Source: Verrucomicrobiia bacterium (GTDB taxonomy: Bacteria > Patescibacteriota > Saccharimonadia > Saccharimonadales > JAGQNK01). From it: a stretch of 64,000 nucleotides of DNA. Position numbers and translations under genes: made by a program. Positions within the stretch are counted from its first letter, which is position 1. Every line of letters starts with the position of its first letter. This document shows, in pieces, positions 34,448 through 43,591 of this stretch. A model generated the notes under the pieces. It made no database searches. It was given only the letters and a program-made list of their open reading frames with translations, and was not told the origin of the DNA. The DNA is taken from the NCBI GenBank assembly GCA_035489575.1, contig DATHJY010000005.1, forward strand, positions 6,612-70,611, read 5' to 3'.

Positions 34448-34603
34448 CCTACCCCAGATCTCCCTTTCGAGCCCAAAATTGATCCATTTTGGATGACAAT
34501 CCGTTCTGGCTTCTGTGGCGTAACCATAGTTACGGCTCAGAAGTTAGGGCGGATTGGCGCCGGAATGGGCGGTTTTGGGACGGAATTGGGGATCTGGGGT
34601 AGG
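34448..34603. repeat. long-range inverted repeat enclosing nested hairpins, between convergent genes
   Basis: CCTACCCCAGATC (34448-34460) pairs with GATCTGGGGTAGG (34591-34603). Inner hairpins are CCAAAAT..ATTTTGG and CGTAAC-CATA-GTTACG, the latter flanked by CTTCTG/CAGAAG. The 3' half is G-tract rich. Confidence 0.6.
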
Positions 34604-34617
34604 CTCTTAGATAAGTT

Positions 34618-36012
34618 CTAGTAGACCTGGACCTTAACGGTCACAGCGCTCTCGTCGATCCAGCCCACTCCCTCTTGGAGTACGCTAAATTCTTCGGTGT
34701 AGGTACCTGTCTCGAGCTTGTTACTGTCAAGGGTAAAAGCAAAACTAAAGTTCTGGCGCGGCCGTACATGATCAGCCAATTCATAGACTCCGCTCTTCTT
34801 TATGCGCAGGTCGTGAGCGGGCCGATTGTTATTGCTGCCCACCCAGGATTTATCCTGAAATTTTGACTCACGATCTTTGGGATCCGAAGTGCCCAGCACA
34901 ATTGGCTTGGTCTCGCTCAGGCGACTATACAAACTGCAGAGTGGGTAGGGTGTTCTGTTGGTAAAATCCAAAAATACTTCTTTGCTGGTGCCCTTTTTTA
35001 TACGGACCTTAACTTCCTTTTGGGCGGGTGTAATCTTGATACTGCCCAAAGGAGCCTTCTGGCTTTTTAGGAGTGCAGCAATCAGTGGATTCTTGCGCTT
35101 GTAGCCAAAGAGCGTCCGAATGTTTTGGGCGTACACGACGTTTAGGTGACTCTCGTGTTTTATGCGCGAAGCCTGCGCTTTTACCGACACATATGGCTGC
35201 AGGGGCTTATGAATAATCAGTATTGCCTGTGTTGCCAAGTGTCCGCCAACTTGGATCTTTGAGTAGTCGTTACCATACTGTGGACGCAGGCTGACGCGAG
35301 AGTCTTGCGCACGTGTGCCCAATGTAAATCGCAGCGGACTGACGCGGTAGCCTTTGCGCACCAGCCGGTTTTGCAGCCGTTGGATATCACGCAGCCGGAA
35401 AATCACAGTGCTGCCAGCGTCGACCGTCTTGGTGTTGGACAGCACGTTAATTTCAGTGGTGTGTACAGCCATGCCGCCTGGCTTTAGGCAGTCCAGGCTA
35501 TTTTCTATAAAATCCAACCCAGCGTCTATAGACCCCAGGTGACCCAACGCGCAGTTGGACCATACAAAATCATACTTGCCCGCCAGCTTCTTGGAAATCT
35601 TGGTCATGTCTATTGGCATGTAGCTAACCATTTCTTTAAACTTTTTGGGATCACAAATACCCAAACGATTGAGCGACTGAGCGCTCTCAGCCAGCTCGTG
35701 CTGCTTCCAGTGCTTGGCCTTGGCAGTGGTAAAATCTTGGTCGGTGGCCATCACCTGCACGCCGTAATGGGCAAACAGTGCCGGCAATCGCTCTTGGCCC
35801 ACGCCAAATCCAACGCCGCTCAAATCGCTTCTACTAAAGTCTAGGCGCTCCCACAGAGCTTGCACTAGCGCCGCGTTTTGCCAAAACTTGTTGGCACGCA
35901 GGGCGTGATTGTCCAGGTTGTGTTTGTCTTGTTTTAACTCTTTTGCCCACCGCTTGTACCAGTCGCTGTCAAAATCTTTTGTAACCAACGTGTGGCTTTT
36001 GATATGTATCAT
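34618..36012 (-). CDS. class I SAM-dependent methyltransferase with a C-terminal beta-sandwich domain related to the repeats of the neighbouring secreted protein
   Basis: Methyltransferase core VGFGVGQERLPALFAHYGVQVMATD. The C-terminus (RPRQNFSFAFTLD...GTYTEEFSVLQEGVGW) follows the same pattern as the 32696..34444 repeats. Confidence 0.7.
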   Translation of the reverse strand: MIHIKSHTLVTKDFDSDWYKRWAKELKQDKHNLDNHALRANKFWQNAALVQALWERLDFSRSDLSGVGFGVGQERLPALFAHYGVQVMATDQDFTTAKAKHWKQHELAESAQSLNRLGICDPKKFKEMVSYMPIDMTKISKKLAGKYDFVWSNCALGHLGSIDAGLDFIENSLDCLKPGGMAVHTTEINVLSNTKTVDAGSTVIFRLRDIQRLQNRLVRKGYRVSPLRFTLGTRAQDSRVSLRPQYGNDYSKIQVGGHLATQAILIIHKPLQPYVSVKAQASRIKHESHLNVVYAQNIRTLFGYKRKNPLIAALLKSQKAPLGSIKITPAQKEVKVRIKKGTSKEVFLDFTNRTPYPLCSLYSRLSETKPIVLGTSDPKDRESKFQDKSWVGSNNNRPAHDLRIKKSGVYELADHVRPRQNFSFAFTLDSNKLETGTYTEEFSVLQEGVGWIDESAVTVKVQVY

Positions 36013-36072
36013 AACGACTGGCTTACCCTCCGTGCTACCACCCTGAGTTAAATTGGTGTTGTCTTGCCAAAG

Positions 36073-36190
36073 TATAGCACTCCCAAAACAAAACCTGTCT
36101 TTTTCTGGTGATGGATCAGTGAGCCAAAAAGCTGCTTTTGGGCCGCTGAGGCCCGGCAGAAATGGCGAGTTTTGTTTTGGGAGTGCTATA
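36073..36190. repeat. perfect 22-bp inverted repeat with a 74-nt spacer
   Basis: TATAGCACTCCCAAAACAAAAC (36073-36094) and GTTTTGTTTTGGGAGTGCTATA (36169-36190). The spacer holds the CCAAAA..TTTTGG and GGGCC..GGCCC hairpins. Each arm carries an outward-facing TGCTATA extended -10-like box. Confidence 0.8.
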
Positions 36191-36213
36191 TATAGGCAAT
36201 GACGGTCTTTCGT

Positions 36214-37695
36214 CTACAGAGTCGTAACCTTTTTACGAGGCACTGACTGCTTGCTTGCCACATACCAGCCATACCACACACAAGCAGCTACCAGCGCCAT
36301 TCCGGCAAGTGTCTTTAGCCAGCTGAAGCGACCAACCAACTCGGTGTGTAGCGTGTACTGTGGCAGCAGTCTATCAAACCCGACTCCCACCCGTTTCTCT
36401 AGTTCCGAGAAAAATACAGCCCGCGGTTCGTAACCTGGATAGCTCAGACGAATACGCGTGGCAAAAACTGTAACCATCAGCGTGGCTAGAGTCAGTACCG
36501 CTACAAACGCCTTTTGGTATGTGGTGCGTATCGCTAACAAAAAGAAAGCCACCGCCGGCATAAGAGCCGGCATAAAATCCATAAGGTAGCGACCCAAGGG
36601 AGCATACCCGCCCCACCATTCGCTGAATGACATAGTTATGACATAGGCTGGTATCAGGATTATGGCTACCGTAGACAGCGACGCCCTGTGTGCTTTCCAC
36701 CACAGCGGTAACCCGCACAGTAGCAGCAAGAACCCTGGGTTATACACCAGCAAGCCGCGGCGAACATCCCACAAGCTAGCTGGAATACTGCTGAATGGCG
36801 ACACCATGCCCAGGTAGGTGGGGTATATGGCTGTTGGATTCCACACCCCAAACCACCGATGCGTCAGCCAGAAAAATACCAATGCGGCGGGCACGCTGAC
36901 CGCAAGCACGGGCCACGGGATCTGCTTGTGTTGCTTATAATTTTTGTACAGCATGAGTGTGCCCAACGGCAAGGCAAAGGCCAGAGACTTGGCATGCACA
37001 AAAGCCATGGCCACCAGTAGCACCGCAAAGACAGCTTGCCACAGCCTGTCTTTATAAAACCGCTGCAGAATAATGAGTGCGCCCAGCAGCAGCCCGGCCG
37101 TTACAAAGTCGGGATACAAATACCCGGCCAGGCCGTTGAAAAAGTAGCTGATAGCGAGCAGCAGCGTACTGAATAGGGATACCTTGGCATTTTTAGTGAG
37201 CAGCAGCGTCCACCACCATGTCAACAGCAGTACTATGGTGGCCACTAGCAGCATCACCAGCATGGGGCCGATCCGCTCGTTCCACAAAAAGGCGGGCAAT
37301 ATCATAAATGGCAGACCAATGCCGTGGAACGAATACCAGCCCGAGAACTTTTGGGTAGTGTTGAGCGGGCTGGCATGGTCTGGCGTTGGCGCCGGATAGT
37401 ACCGGAAGTAGTCGAAGTTCTGATAGTTGTTCTTTAGGTCCAGGTCGTGATCATGGGTCAGGCTGTAGTCCATGAGTAGATAGTGCGGTTCATCACCACT
37501 CAGAGGGTGCTGCACATACTGCCGCACCCCATATAAAAAGCCAAACAATACCAGCCATACCAGAACGACAGAGAGCATCGGGTGTCCGACTGCCCACTGA
37601 TAGACGGTGCCTGCAGACTTCTTCCAAGAGTGTTTACGCATATGCAGGAATTGTAGCAGTCGCTTGTCTGCCGGGCTATGTTTCATTTTTACCAA
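36214..37695 (-). CDS. GT-C-fold polyprenyl-phosphate-sugar-dependent glycosyltransferase (PMT/ArnT-like), putative
   Basis: 493 aa, about 12 TM helices. Acidic first-loop motif SGDEPHY. Divergent from a GT2/GtrA operon. Confidence 0.65.
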   Translation of the reverse strand: MVKMKHSPADKRLLQFLHMRKHSWKKSAGTVYQWAVGHPMLSVVLVWLVLFGFLYGVRQYVQHPLSGDEPHYLLMDYSLTHDHDLDLKNNYQNFDYFRYYPAPTPDHASPLNTTQKFSGWYSFHGIGLPFMILPAFLWNERIGPMLVMLLVATIVLLLTWWWTLLLTKNAKVSLFSTLLLAISYFFNGLAGYLYPDFVTAGLLLGALIILQRFYKDRLWQAVFAVLLVAMAFVHAKSLAFALPLGTLMLYKNYKQHKQIPWPVLAVSVPAALVFFWLTHRWFGVWNPTAIYPTYLGMVSPFSSIPASLWDVRRGLLVYNPGFLLLLCGLPLWWKAHRASLSTVAIILIPAYVITMSFSEWWGGYAPLGRYLMDFMPALMPAVAFFLLAIRTTYQKAFVAVLTLATLMVTVFATRIRLSYPGYEPRAVFFSELEKRVGVGFDRLLPQYTLHTELVGRFSWLKTLAGMALVAACVWYGWYVASKQSVPRKKVTTL

Positions 37696-37734
37696 AACAT
37701 AAGCAAACTACTGGTACAATATATATCTAGAATC

Positions 37735-38475
37735 ATGGGAAAAAACTACGACCTCACTATTTTAGTGCCGGTTTACAACGAAGAAGTTAGCCTGCCAACT
37801 ATTTTAAAGAAAATAGAGACTGCTGAGTTGCCAAACGCCGAGGTAGTTATCGTCAACGACGGCTCGGCCGACAACAGCAAACACATCATCGAAAAATGGG
37901 CCAAGAAAAAAGACCTGCCCTTCAGGGTGCGGGTAGTCCACCACCCCAAGAACAAAGGCAAAGGTGCAGCTATTCAGACGGGACTGAGCCTGTCCGAAGG
38001 CAGGTACTTTGTCATCCAAGACGCCGATCTAGAGTATGATCCCGCAGAAATCCCCAGCCTGCTCGAGGTTGTCCTGGAGAGCGAGGCACCGGTTATCTAC
38101 GGCTCACGCTTTATGGGTACCATCAGTGACATGCCCAGAGCCAACTACTATGCCAATCGCTTTTATAACATTTTGGTACGCAGTCTCTACGGGGTCCGCA
38201 TAACCGACATGCACACCTGCTACAAAATGATAGAAACCGACCTATTCAAGGAGTTGGACATTCAACAGCACGGCTTTGGCTATGCTCCAGAAGTTATCTC
38301 TAAATTGCTGCGCAAGAAGGTGCCTATCGTGGAAATACCTATCAGCTACACGGGCCGAACGGTCAAAGAAGGCAAAAAGATAAACACCCGCGATGGCTGG
38401 GAGTGCCTGACTCAGCTGGTAAGATATAGGTTCGTAAACGAAAGCAACTTGTTTGATCGTAAAGAAAATATTTGA
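37735..38475 (+). CDS. GT2 polyprenyl-phosphate glycosyltransferase (GtrB/DPM1/ArnC-like)
   Basis: LTILVPVYNEE, VNDGSADNS and QDADLEYDP motifs. Start at ATG 37735. Confidence 0.85.
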   Translation: MGKNYDLTILVPVYNEEVSLPTILKKIETAELPNAEVVIVNDGSADNSKHIIEKWAKKKDLPFRVRVVHHPKNKGKGAAIQTGLSLSEGRYFVIQDADLEYDPAEIPSLLEVVLESEAPVIYGSRFMGTISDMPRANYYANRFYNILVRSLYGVRITDMHTCYKMIETDLFKELDIQQHGFGYAPEVISKLLRKKVPIVEIPISYTGRTVKEGKKINTRDGWECLTQLVRYRFVNESNLFDRKENI

Positions 38476-38905
38476 CCAGTTTGTAGTGTTCAGCACTAAG
38501 ACCCAAGTGGGTCGTTTTTTGGTAGTGGGCTCCGGAGCCTTTCTGGTCAATGTCGTGCTGCTGTATCTCTTTCATGGCGTTATGGGAATACCCATTTTGC
38601 CTGCCCAGATCTTGGGCGCCGAGGGTACTATTATTTTTAGTTTCTACCTGCACCATTACTGGACATATCGTCAATACAGCGAAAAACCCCTGTGGCTTCG
38701 GTTTATCGAATTCAACGGCAGTGCCCTGGGCGGTTCGCTCATCTCTACCCTGTCGGTTCTTATCTGCACACAGCTGCTGCATGTTCACTACCTTGCCGGC
38801 CTGTCCATAGGGGCGGTCTTGGCTACATCGTGGAATTACTTCTCTAACCAGTATTTCATTTGGACAAAGGGCAGGAAGCAACAGGTGGAGTATGCAGAAG
38901 ACTAA
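38453..38905 (+). CDS. GtrA family membrane protein
   Basis: VGRFLVVGSGAFLVNVVLLYLF ... FYLHHYWTYR pattern. TTG start is uncertain. Overlaps both neighbours. Confidence 0.7.
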   Translation: MIVKKIFDQFVVFSTKTQVGRFLVVGSGAFLVNVVLLYLFHGVMGIPILPAQILGAEGTIIFSFYLHHYWTYRQYSEKPLWLRFIEFNGSALGGSLISTLSVLICTQLLHVHYLAGLSIGAVLATSWNYFSNQYFIWTKGRKQQVEYAED

Positions 38906-39323
38906 AACCACGAGACAAGTCTCGGGGGTGGGGTCGTCTGTGCTTAAAAAAGAAGCAAAGAGCTTTGCCCGTTATCTGGTCAGACAAGAACCAAGTAGAC
39001 AAGTCATTGCTCGGTATACAGAAGCGCTTGCCCATAACCCTCCGTCTATATCTGCCACCGATATCCATTTGCTAGAGTTCATACGCAAACATCCATGGTC
39101 ACTTGGCTGCATAGAGGCCGGATTGGCACTCAGGCAGCCCCACTCGGAAGTCCGCCGCCGGCTGTATATTATGCTAGCCATTTTAGAATCGTCGCCAGAC
39201 CACACTGCTGCCTTTTTGCCCCAAGAACGATCAGCTTGGTACATAGTGCCTCTCGCTTTGGCGGGTCTGCGGGCCGTCGGCAAAGCCCTGGTTGGTGTAA
39301 TCATGGTGGGAGTTGTACGGTGA
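38892..39323 (+). CDS. hypothetical protein (143 aa), hydrophobic C-terminus
   Basis: GGTGGAG SD before ATG 38892. GTGA overlap with the oxidoreductase start. No family recognised. Confidence 0.55.
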   Translation: MQKTKTTRQVSGVGSSVLKKEAKSFARYLVRQEPSRQVIARYTEALAHNPPSISATDIHLLEFIRKHPWSLGCIEAGLALRQPHSEVRRRLYIMLAILESSPDHTAAFLPQERSAWYIVPLALAGLRAVGKALVGVIMVGVVR

Positions 39324-40930
39324 AAACTTTCGACTACTTGGTAGTAGGATCAGGCTGTTCGGGCGCTATGGCAGCTCAGACTTTGGTAGAAGCCGGATTG
39401 GACGTTGTTATGCTAGACGCTGGGTTTACCAAAGACCCAGAGACCTCGACCATACCCGACGAAGACTACCTGGACCTGCGCCAGTCAGACACTAGCCAGC
39501 ATCAGTACCTCATTGGTCCTCGTGCCGAGGGTGTGGCCTGGGGCAACGTTGGCAAGGGCGAACAAATTACCCCGCCGCGCAAGCACATCACCGAGCAAGT
39601 CGATGATCTTATACCCATAGACTCTGCCGATTTTTCACCGCTCGAGAGCCTAGCGTATGGCGGGCTGGGAGCCGGCTGGGGCCTGCAGTGCTGGCAGTTT
39701 TCTACCTACGACCTCAAACAAGCAGGACTAAAGCCAGCTATGTTTGACGCTTACGAAACCGTTGCCAAACGTATTGGCGTCAGCGCCACCGCCGACAAAG
39801 CCGCGCGATACACTCTGGGCAAGCTCAAAACTTACCAGCCCTCTGCCGACATGGACCGCAACCATACCTATATTCTTCGGAAGTACCTGGCGGATACCAA
39901 GCGCTTCAAGCACCAGGGCTTTATCATGGGCAGGACACCCCTAGCACTCATAACTCAGGACCACGATGGTCGGACCGGCTACAAGTATCGGGATATGGAC
40001 TTTTATTCCGACAACGACCAGAGCGCCTGGCGCCCGTGGATTACCATAGACAAACTCAAACAGCATAAAAACTTCCACTATATTGGTGGCTATCTGGTAC
40101 TCAGTTTTTCCGAAACTGCCGAGGGCGTGGTGGTCGAATGCCTGCGCACCGCCGACAACAGCCGCCAAACCGTCCGCTGTCGCAAACTCATCCTGGCTAC
40201 CAGCGCTCTGGGCAGCGCCCGCGTAGTACTGCGCTCTCTGGGTGACGAAGCGACCAAACTACCCTTGCTGTGCAATCCCTATCGCTATGTTCCCTGCGTA
40301 CAGCCCAAGCTGGTCGGTAAGGCTGCCGAGAGCCACAAGCTCGGGTTTACCCAATTGTCGCTTTTCTTGGACGAGGCCCATCGCAACCAAGACGTATCGG
40401 TCGCTTCTTTGTATAGCTACCAATCGCTTATGTTGTTTAGGATCATCCGCCATGCGCCGCTCGATTTTGTCGACGCTCGGCTGCTCATTCAGTATCTGAT
40501 GTCCGGCATTGTTATCATGGGCATTCACCACCCAGACAGACAAACCGCCAACAAATGGCTGCAACTGCAACCCACACCTGACACGCCAACTGGCGACAAT
40601 CTGCGCATTATGTACCAATTACAGGCAGAAGAAAGTGCCGAGTTTGATCGTCGCGAAAAGAAGTACCTAAAGGCTATGCGCAGCATGGGAACCTACGGAC
40701 TCAAGCGCATCAATCCCGGCGAAGGTGCTAGTATTCATTATGCGGGCACCTTGCCGTTTAGCCAGGAGCCAAAAGACTTCAGTCTTAGTCCAGATGGGCG
40801 GCTGCACGGTACGCGTAATGTCTATGTGGCGGACAGCGCTGGCTTTACTTACCTGCCCGCCAAAGGCCTGACATTCTCACTCATGGCCAATGCCCATCTC
40901 GTGGCAGAAAGCGTTATAAAAAATGGCTAA
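39320..40930 (+). CDS. GMC-family FAD-dependent oxidoreductase
   Basis: Start at GTG 39320 (VKTFDYLVVGSGCSGAMAAQTL, a GxGxxG FAD fold). C-terminal IHYAGTLP ... NVYVADSAG. The track's 5' extension from 39095 is another gene's frame. Confidence 0.8.
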   Translation: MKTFDYLVVGSGCSGAMAAQTLVEAGLDVVMLDAGFTKDPETSTIPDEDYLDLRQSDTSQHQYLIGPRAEGVAWGNVGKGEQITPPRKHITEQVDDLIPIDSADFSPLESLAYGGLGAGWGLQCWQFSTYDLKQAGLKPAMFDAYETVAKRIGVSATADKAARYTLGKLKTYQPSADMDRNHTYILRKYLADTKRFKHQGFIMGRTPLALITQDHDGRTGYKYRDMDFYSDNDQSAWRPWITIDKLKQHKNFHYIGGYLVLSFSETAEGVVVECLRTADNSRQTVRCRKLILATSALGSARVVLRSLGDEATKLPLLCNPYRYVPCVQPKLVGKAAESHKLGFTQLSLFLDEAHRNQDVSVASLYSYQSLMLFRIIRHAPLDFVDARLLIQYLMSGIVIMGIHHPDRQTANKWLQLQPTPDTPTGDNLRIMYQLQAEESAEFDRREKKYLKAMRSMGTYGLKRINPGEGASIHYAGTLPFSQEPKDFSLSPDGRLHGTRNVYVADSAGFTYLPAKGLTFSLMANAHLVAESVIKNG

Positions 40931-41795
40931 GACAGTTATCATTACCGGCGCCAATGGATTCCTCGGGACCCAGCTGGTCAAACATTTCTCGGGTCAGGGA
41001 TGGCACGTTCGGGCCTTGGTCCGAGAGCCCCAAAAGCATATCAGTACCAGGCAGCTCACTTACCTGGCCTACGACTTGACCAAATCACTCAATCCGGACA
41101 TCTTTAAAGGCGCCGACTATCTGGTACACGCCGCTTATATAAAACATGACAAACACCACCCCCACGCCAGCGAACTCAACATCGACGCAGCCAAACAGTT
41201 ACTGGCTGCCAGCCGAGTCCACAACTTAAAGAAGAATGTGTTTATTTCTAGCATGTCTGCCCACGCCGAGGCCGTATCGGTTTACGGCAAGCACAAGTTT
41301 GCCATAGAAAAACTGTTCAACACCTCCGCCGACATCAGCCTGCGACCGGGTCTCATCATTGGCAACGGCGGTATTGTCCGTACCATGGTGGCCTTCATGA
41401 AGACCAAACACGTGGTGCCACTCATGGGTGGCGGCAAGCAGCCGGTGCAGATTATTGGCCGAGACGATCTGGTACAGGCTATCGACACAGCCCTTGTCAC
41501 CAAGGTCTCCGGCGTCCTCACCATAGCCCATCCAAAAGTGCTGACCTACAAGCAGTTTTACCAAACCATCAGCAAACAGCTGGGCATCAAAGTTGTCTTT
41601 GTACCCGTTCCATATCACGCTGTGCTGGCTGGCCTGACCATTGCCAGCAAACTCCCCCTACCGCTGGGTATTGGGCCCGACAATCTGCGTGGCCTTAGAA
41701 AACTACAATCAGTAGACAACCACGCCGACCTAGAGCAGCTCCACCTCAAGCTCATGACTCTAGAAAAATGCCTGCAAAAAACCACCCTCCATTGA
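40923..41795 (+). CDS. NAD(P)-dependent epimerase/dehydratase-family SDR
   Basis: VIITGANGFLGTQL Rossmann motif. Catalytic YGKHK (YxxxK). 8-nt overlap with the oxidoreductase gene. Confidence 0.8.
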   Translation: MAKTVIITGANGFLGTQLVKHFSGQGWHVRALVREPQKHISTRQLTYLAYDLTKSLNPDIFKGADYLVHAAYIKHDKHHPHASELNIDAAKQLLAASRVHNLKKNVFISSMSAHAEAVSVYGKHKFAIEKLFNTSADISLRPGLIIGNGGIVRTMVAFMKTKHVVPLMGGGKQPVQIIGRDDLVQAIDTALVTKVSGVLTIAHPKVLTYKQFYQTISKQLGIKVVFVPVPYHAVLAGLTIASKLPLPLGIGPDNLRGLRKLQSVDNHADLEQLHLKLMTLEKCLQKTTLH

Positions 41796-41819
41796 CAGAA
41801 ATATGATAGTCTTTTATGC

Positions 41820-42533
41820 ATGACAAACTCTTATGAATTCATAGAGGGCACACCGGGCGTTACCGAAGATGACATAACCCACCTCATTATTCCCAGTCGC
41901 TACCGCGGACCAGACGGCCTTGGCTTGGGCGAAATCAGTCAACAGCGAGTCGACACAGCGGCCGCCTTTTTTATAGATCATGCACTTGACGGTTTTATCA
42001 TCTGCAGCGGCTACAAGAATCCTGCCGACAAAGGAGGCACCCCTTGGCGTGACCCGATCGGCCGCGAATTTGAAGGACAACCGGAAGCCTATGGCATGCT
42101 CGATAGGTTGCGGAGCACACACCCTGGCGTAGATCCCAACCGCCACCTGGTCGAACCCTTTTCTATAGACACCGTAACTAATATGACTCTTGTGCAGCAT
42201 CTTCTAGATATTGGCCCTGACGAACGACCAGTTGGTATTGTCGCCCACCAAGAGCACCTAGAGCGGATTCTGGACATCATTGCTCCGCGGACCCTGAAAC
42301 AACCCTTTGCCGGGATCATGGCACCAGAGGTACCCGGCCACCCAGACAAAGACCCTCGTGGCGTGCGGCTGGTTAGCCGCTGGGTAACTCGTGGACTTAC
42401 ACCCGACACCCCCAACATCACTGAGATCGCCGAACGACGCATACTCAAAATCTACGGCGTCGTGCTTGCTCCCCAAGCACTCAAAGAACATCTTGGCGGA
42501 CTTTTTGACCGCAAGACTCAAGAAGTTGTGTAA
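41820..42533 (+). CDS. DUF218/YdcF(ElyC)-like protein, tentative
   Basis: Pattern R..TAAAFF......FIICSGY .. EAYGMLDRL .. EPFSIDTVTNM .. VGIVAHQEHLERI matches the DUF218 layout. Confidence 0.5.
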   Translation: MTNSYEFIEGTPGVTEDDITHLIIPSRYRGPDGLGLGEISQQRVDTAAAFFIDHALDGFIICSGYKNPADKGGTPWRDPIGREFEGQPEAYGMLDRLRSTHPGVDPNRHLVEPFSIDTVTNMTLVQHLLDIGPDERPVGIVAHQEHLERILDIIAPRTLKQPFAGIMAPEVPGHPDKDPRGVRLVSRWVTRGLTPDTPNITEIAERRILKIYGVVLAPQALKEHLGGLFDRKTQEVV

Positions 42534-42628
42534 ACTAAGCATTTCCCGGTATCATAGACGGTATACATATCACTAATATATAAAGCCAGGTTAAGTACAT
42601 TGGGGACCATCTGGCTTACGGGGGATTC

Positions 42629-43582
42629 ATGCAAAGAGTCAGTTACTCAAAGTTAACCAAGGAGGCCGAAGCCTATTGGAAATGGGCCGAAGAAACCCCC
42701 ATTGTTCCCGTTCCCGCTAGCGTAGCCCGCGAAGGCGCCGGGTCCGAGATCCGCACCCCAATCATGCACTACGGCGTTATCATGCCAGTCTATATGTCCG
42801 TAGCCCGCTACCTGCGTGCCCTCAAGCCCAAAAAGGGCATGCGTCTTATCGAGCTAGGCTCTGGCTCTGGCCGGCCGCTCACCTACCTAAAGACCCTGTT
42901 TCCAGAACTAGAAGTTTGGGGTGTCGATTATTCCGAAGGTGGTATAACTTACGCCAAGCAAGTCTATGGCAAGCAAGGCGTCAAGTTCAAACACGTACCA
43001 GCGCAAGATACCTCACTGAAGGCTGGGTACTTTGACTTTGTTATTTCGTCGCATGTTATCGAGCACGTCACCAAAGAAGAAGCACTAGACTTCATGCAAG
43101 AAGCAAACCGACTGCTCAAAAAAGGCGGCTACGCCTTCATCGGTACGCCAGAACGACGCAAGTGCCAAGAGCTATACATGAAGAACCCGACCGAGGCCAA
43201 AAAGAATCGCCTGGTCCCACCACACGAACATGAATTCAGGCTGCCCGAGCTACAAGCACTGGGCGAGCAAGTCTTTCCAAAAAAGAACGTTCGAGTAGAC
43301 TCGCTAGTAAACCCAACTTTTCATAAAGTTTTCAAATCTAGCATCGACAAGTTTCGACCCAAAAAGTCTGTCAGCAGCAAGCTGGTCAATACCACCTATC
43401 GCACCATTCGCGACAAGACTCCACGCCCCGTCTTTGACACCATCACCCGCATTGGTGCCAAGCGGCAGATGAAGCAGCACGACATCAGCTTCCAGGACAT
43501 CCTAATGGACAACAGTATCGCAAGCGCCAAAGACAAGCCATCTCCAGACAACCTATTCCTGGTCTGCCAGAAGCCAGAGTAA
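42629..43582 (+). CDS. class I SAM-dependent methyltransferase
   Basis: Motif I LIELGSGSGRP. Acidic post-I WGVDYSE. Confidence 0.75.
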   Translation: MQRVSYSKLTKEAEAYWKWAEETPIVPVPASVAREGAGSEIRTPIMHYGVIMPVYMSVARYLRALKPKKGMRLIELGSGSGRPLTYLKTLFPELEVWGVDYSEGGITYAKQVYGKQGVKFKHVPAQDTSLKAGYFDFVISSHVIEHVTKEEALDFMQEANRLLKKGGYAFIGTPERRKCQELYMKNPTEAKKNRLVPPHEHEFRLPELQALGEQVFPKKNVRVDSLVNPTFHKVFKSSIDKFRPKKSVSSKLVNTTYRTIRDKTPRPVFDTITRIGAKRQMKQHDISFQDILMDNSIASAKDKPSPDNLFLVCQKPE

Positions 43583-43591
43583 AGAGGAGCT

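Noticed and set aside
38363-38911. 182-aa minus-strand ORF across the GT2/GtrA junction.
   Set aside because: It is antisense to two well-supported plus-strand genes and has no motifs.
39095-39319. The 5' extension of the GMC oxidoreductase ORF (track start 39095, 611 aa).
   Set aside because: The extension overlaps the 143-aa gene in another frame and is Arg/Pro/Ser-rich. The FAD-binding GxGxxG fold begins right after GTG 39320, which overlaps the upstream stop (GTGA).
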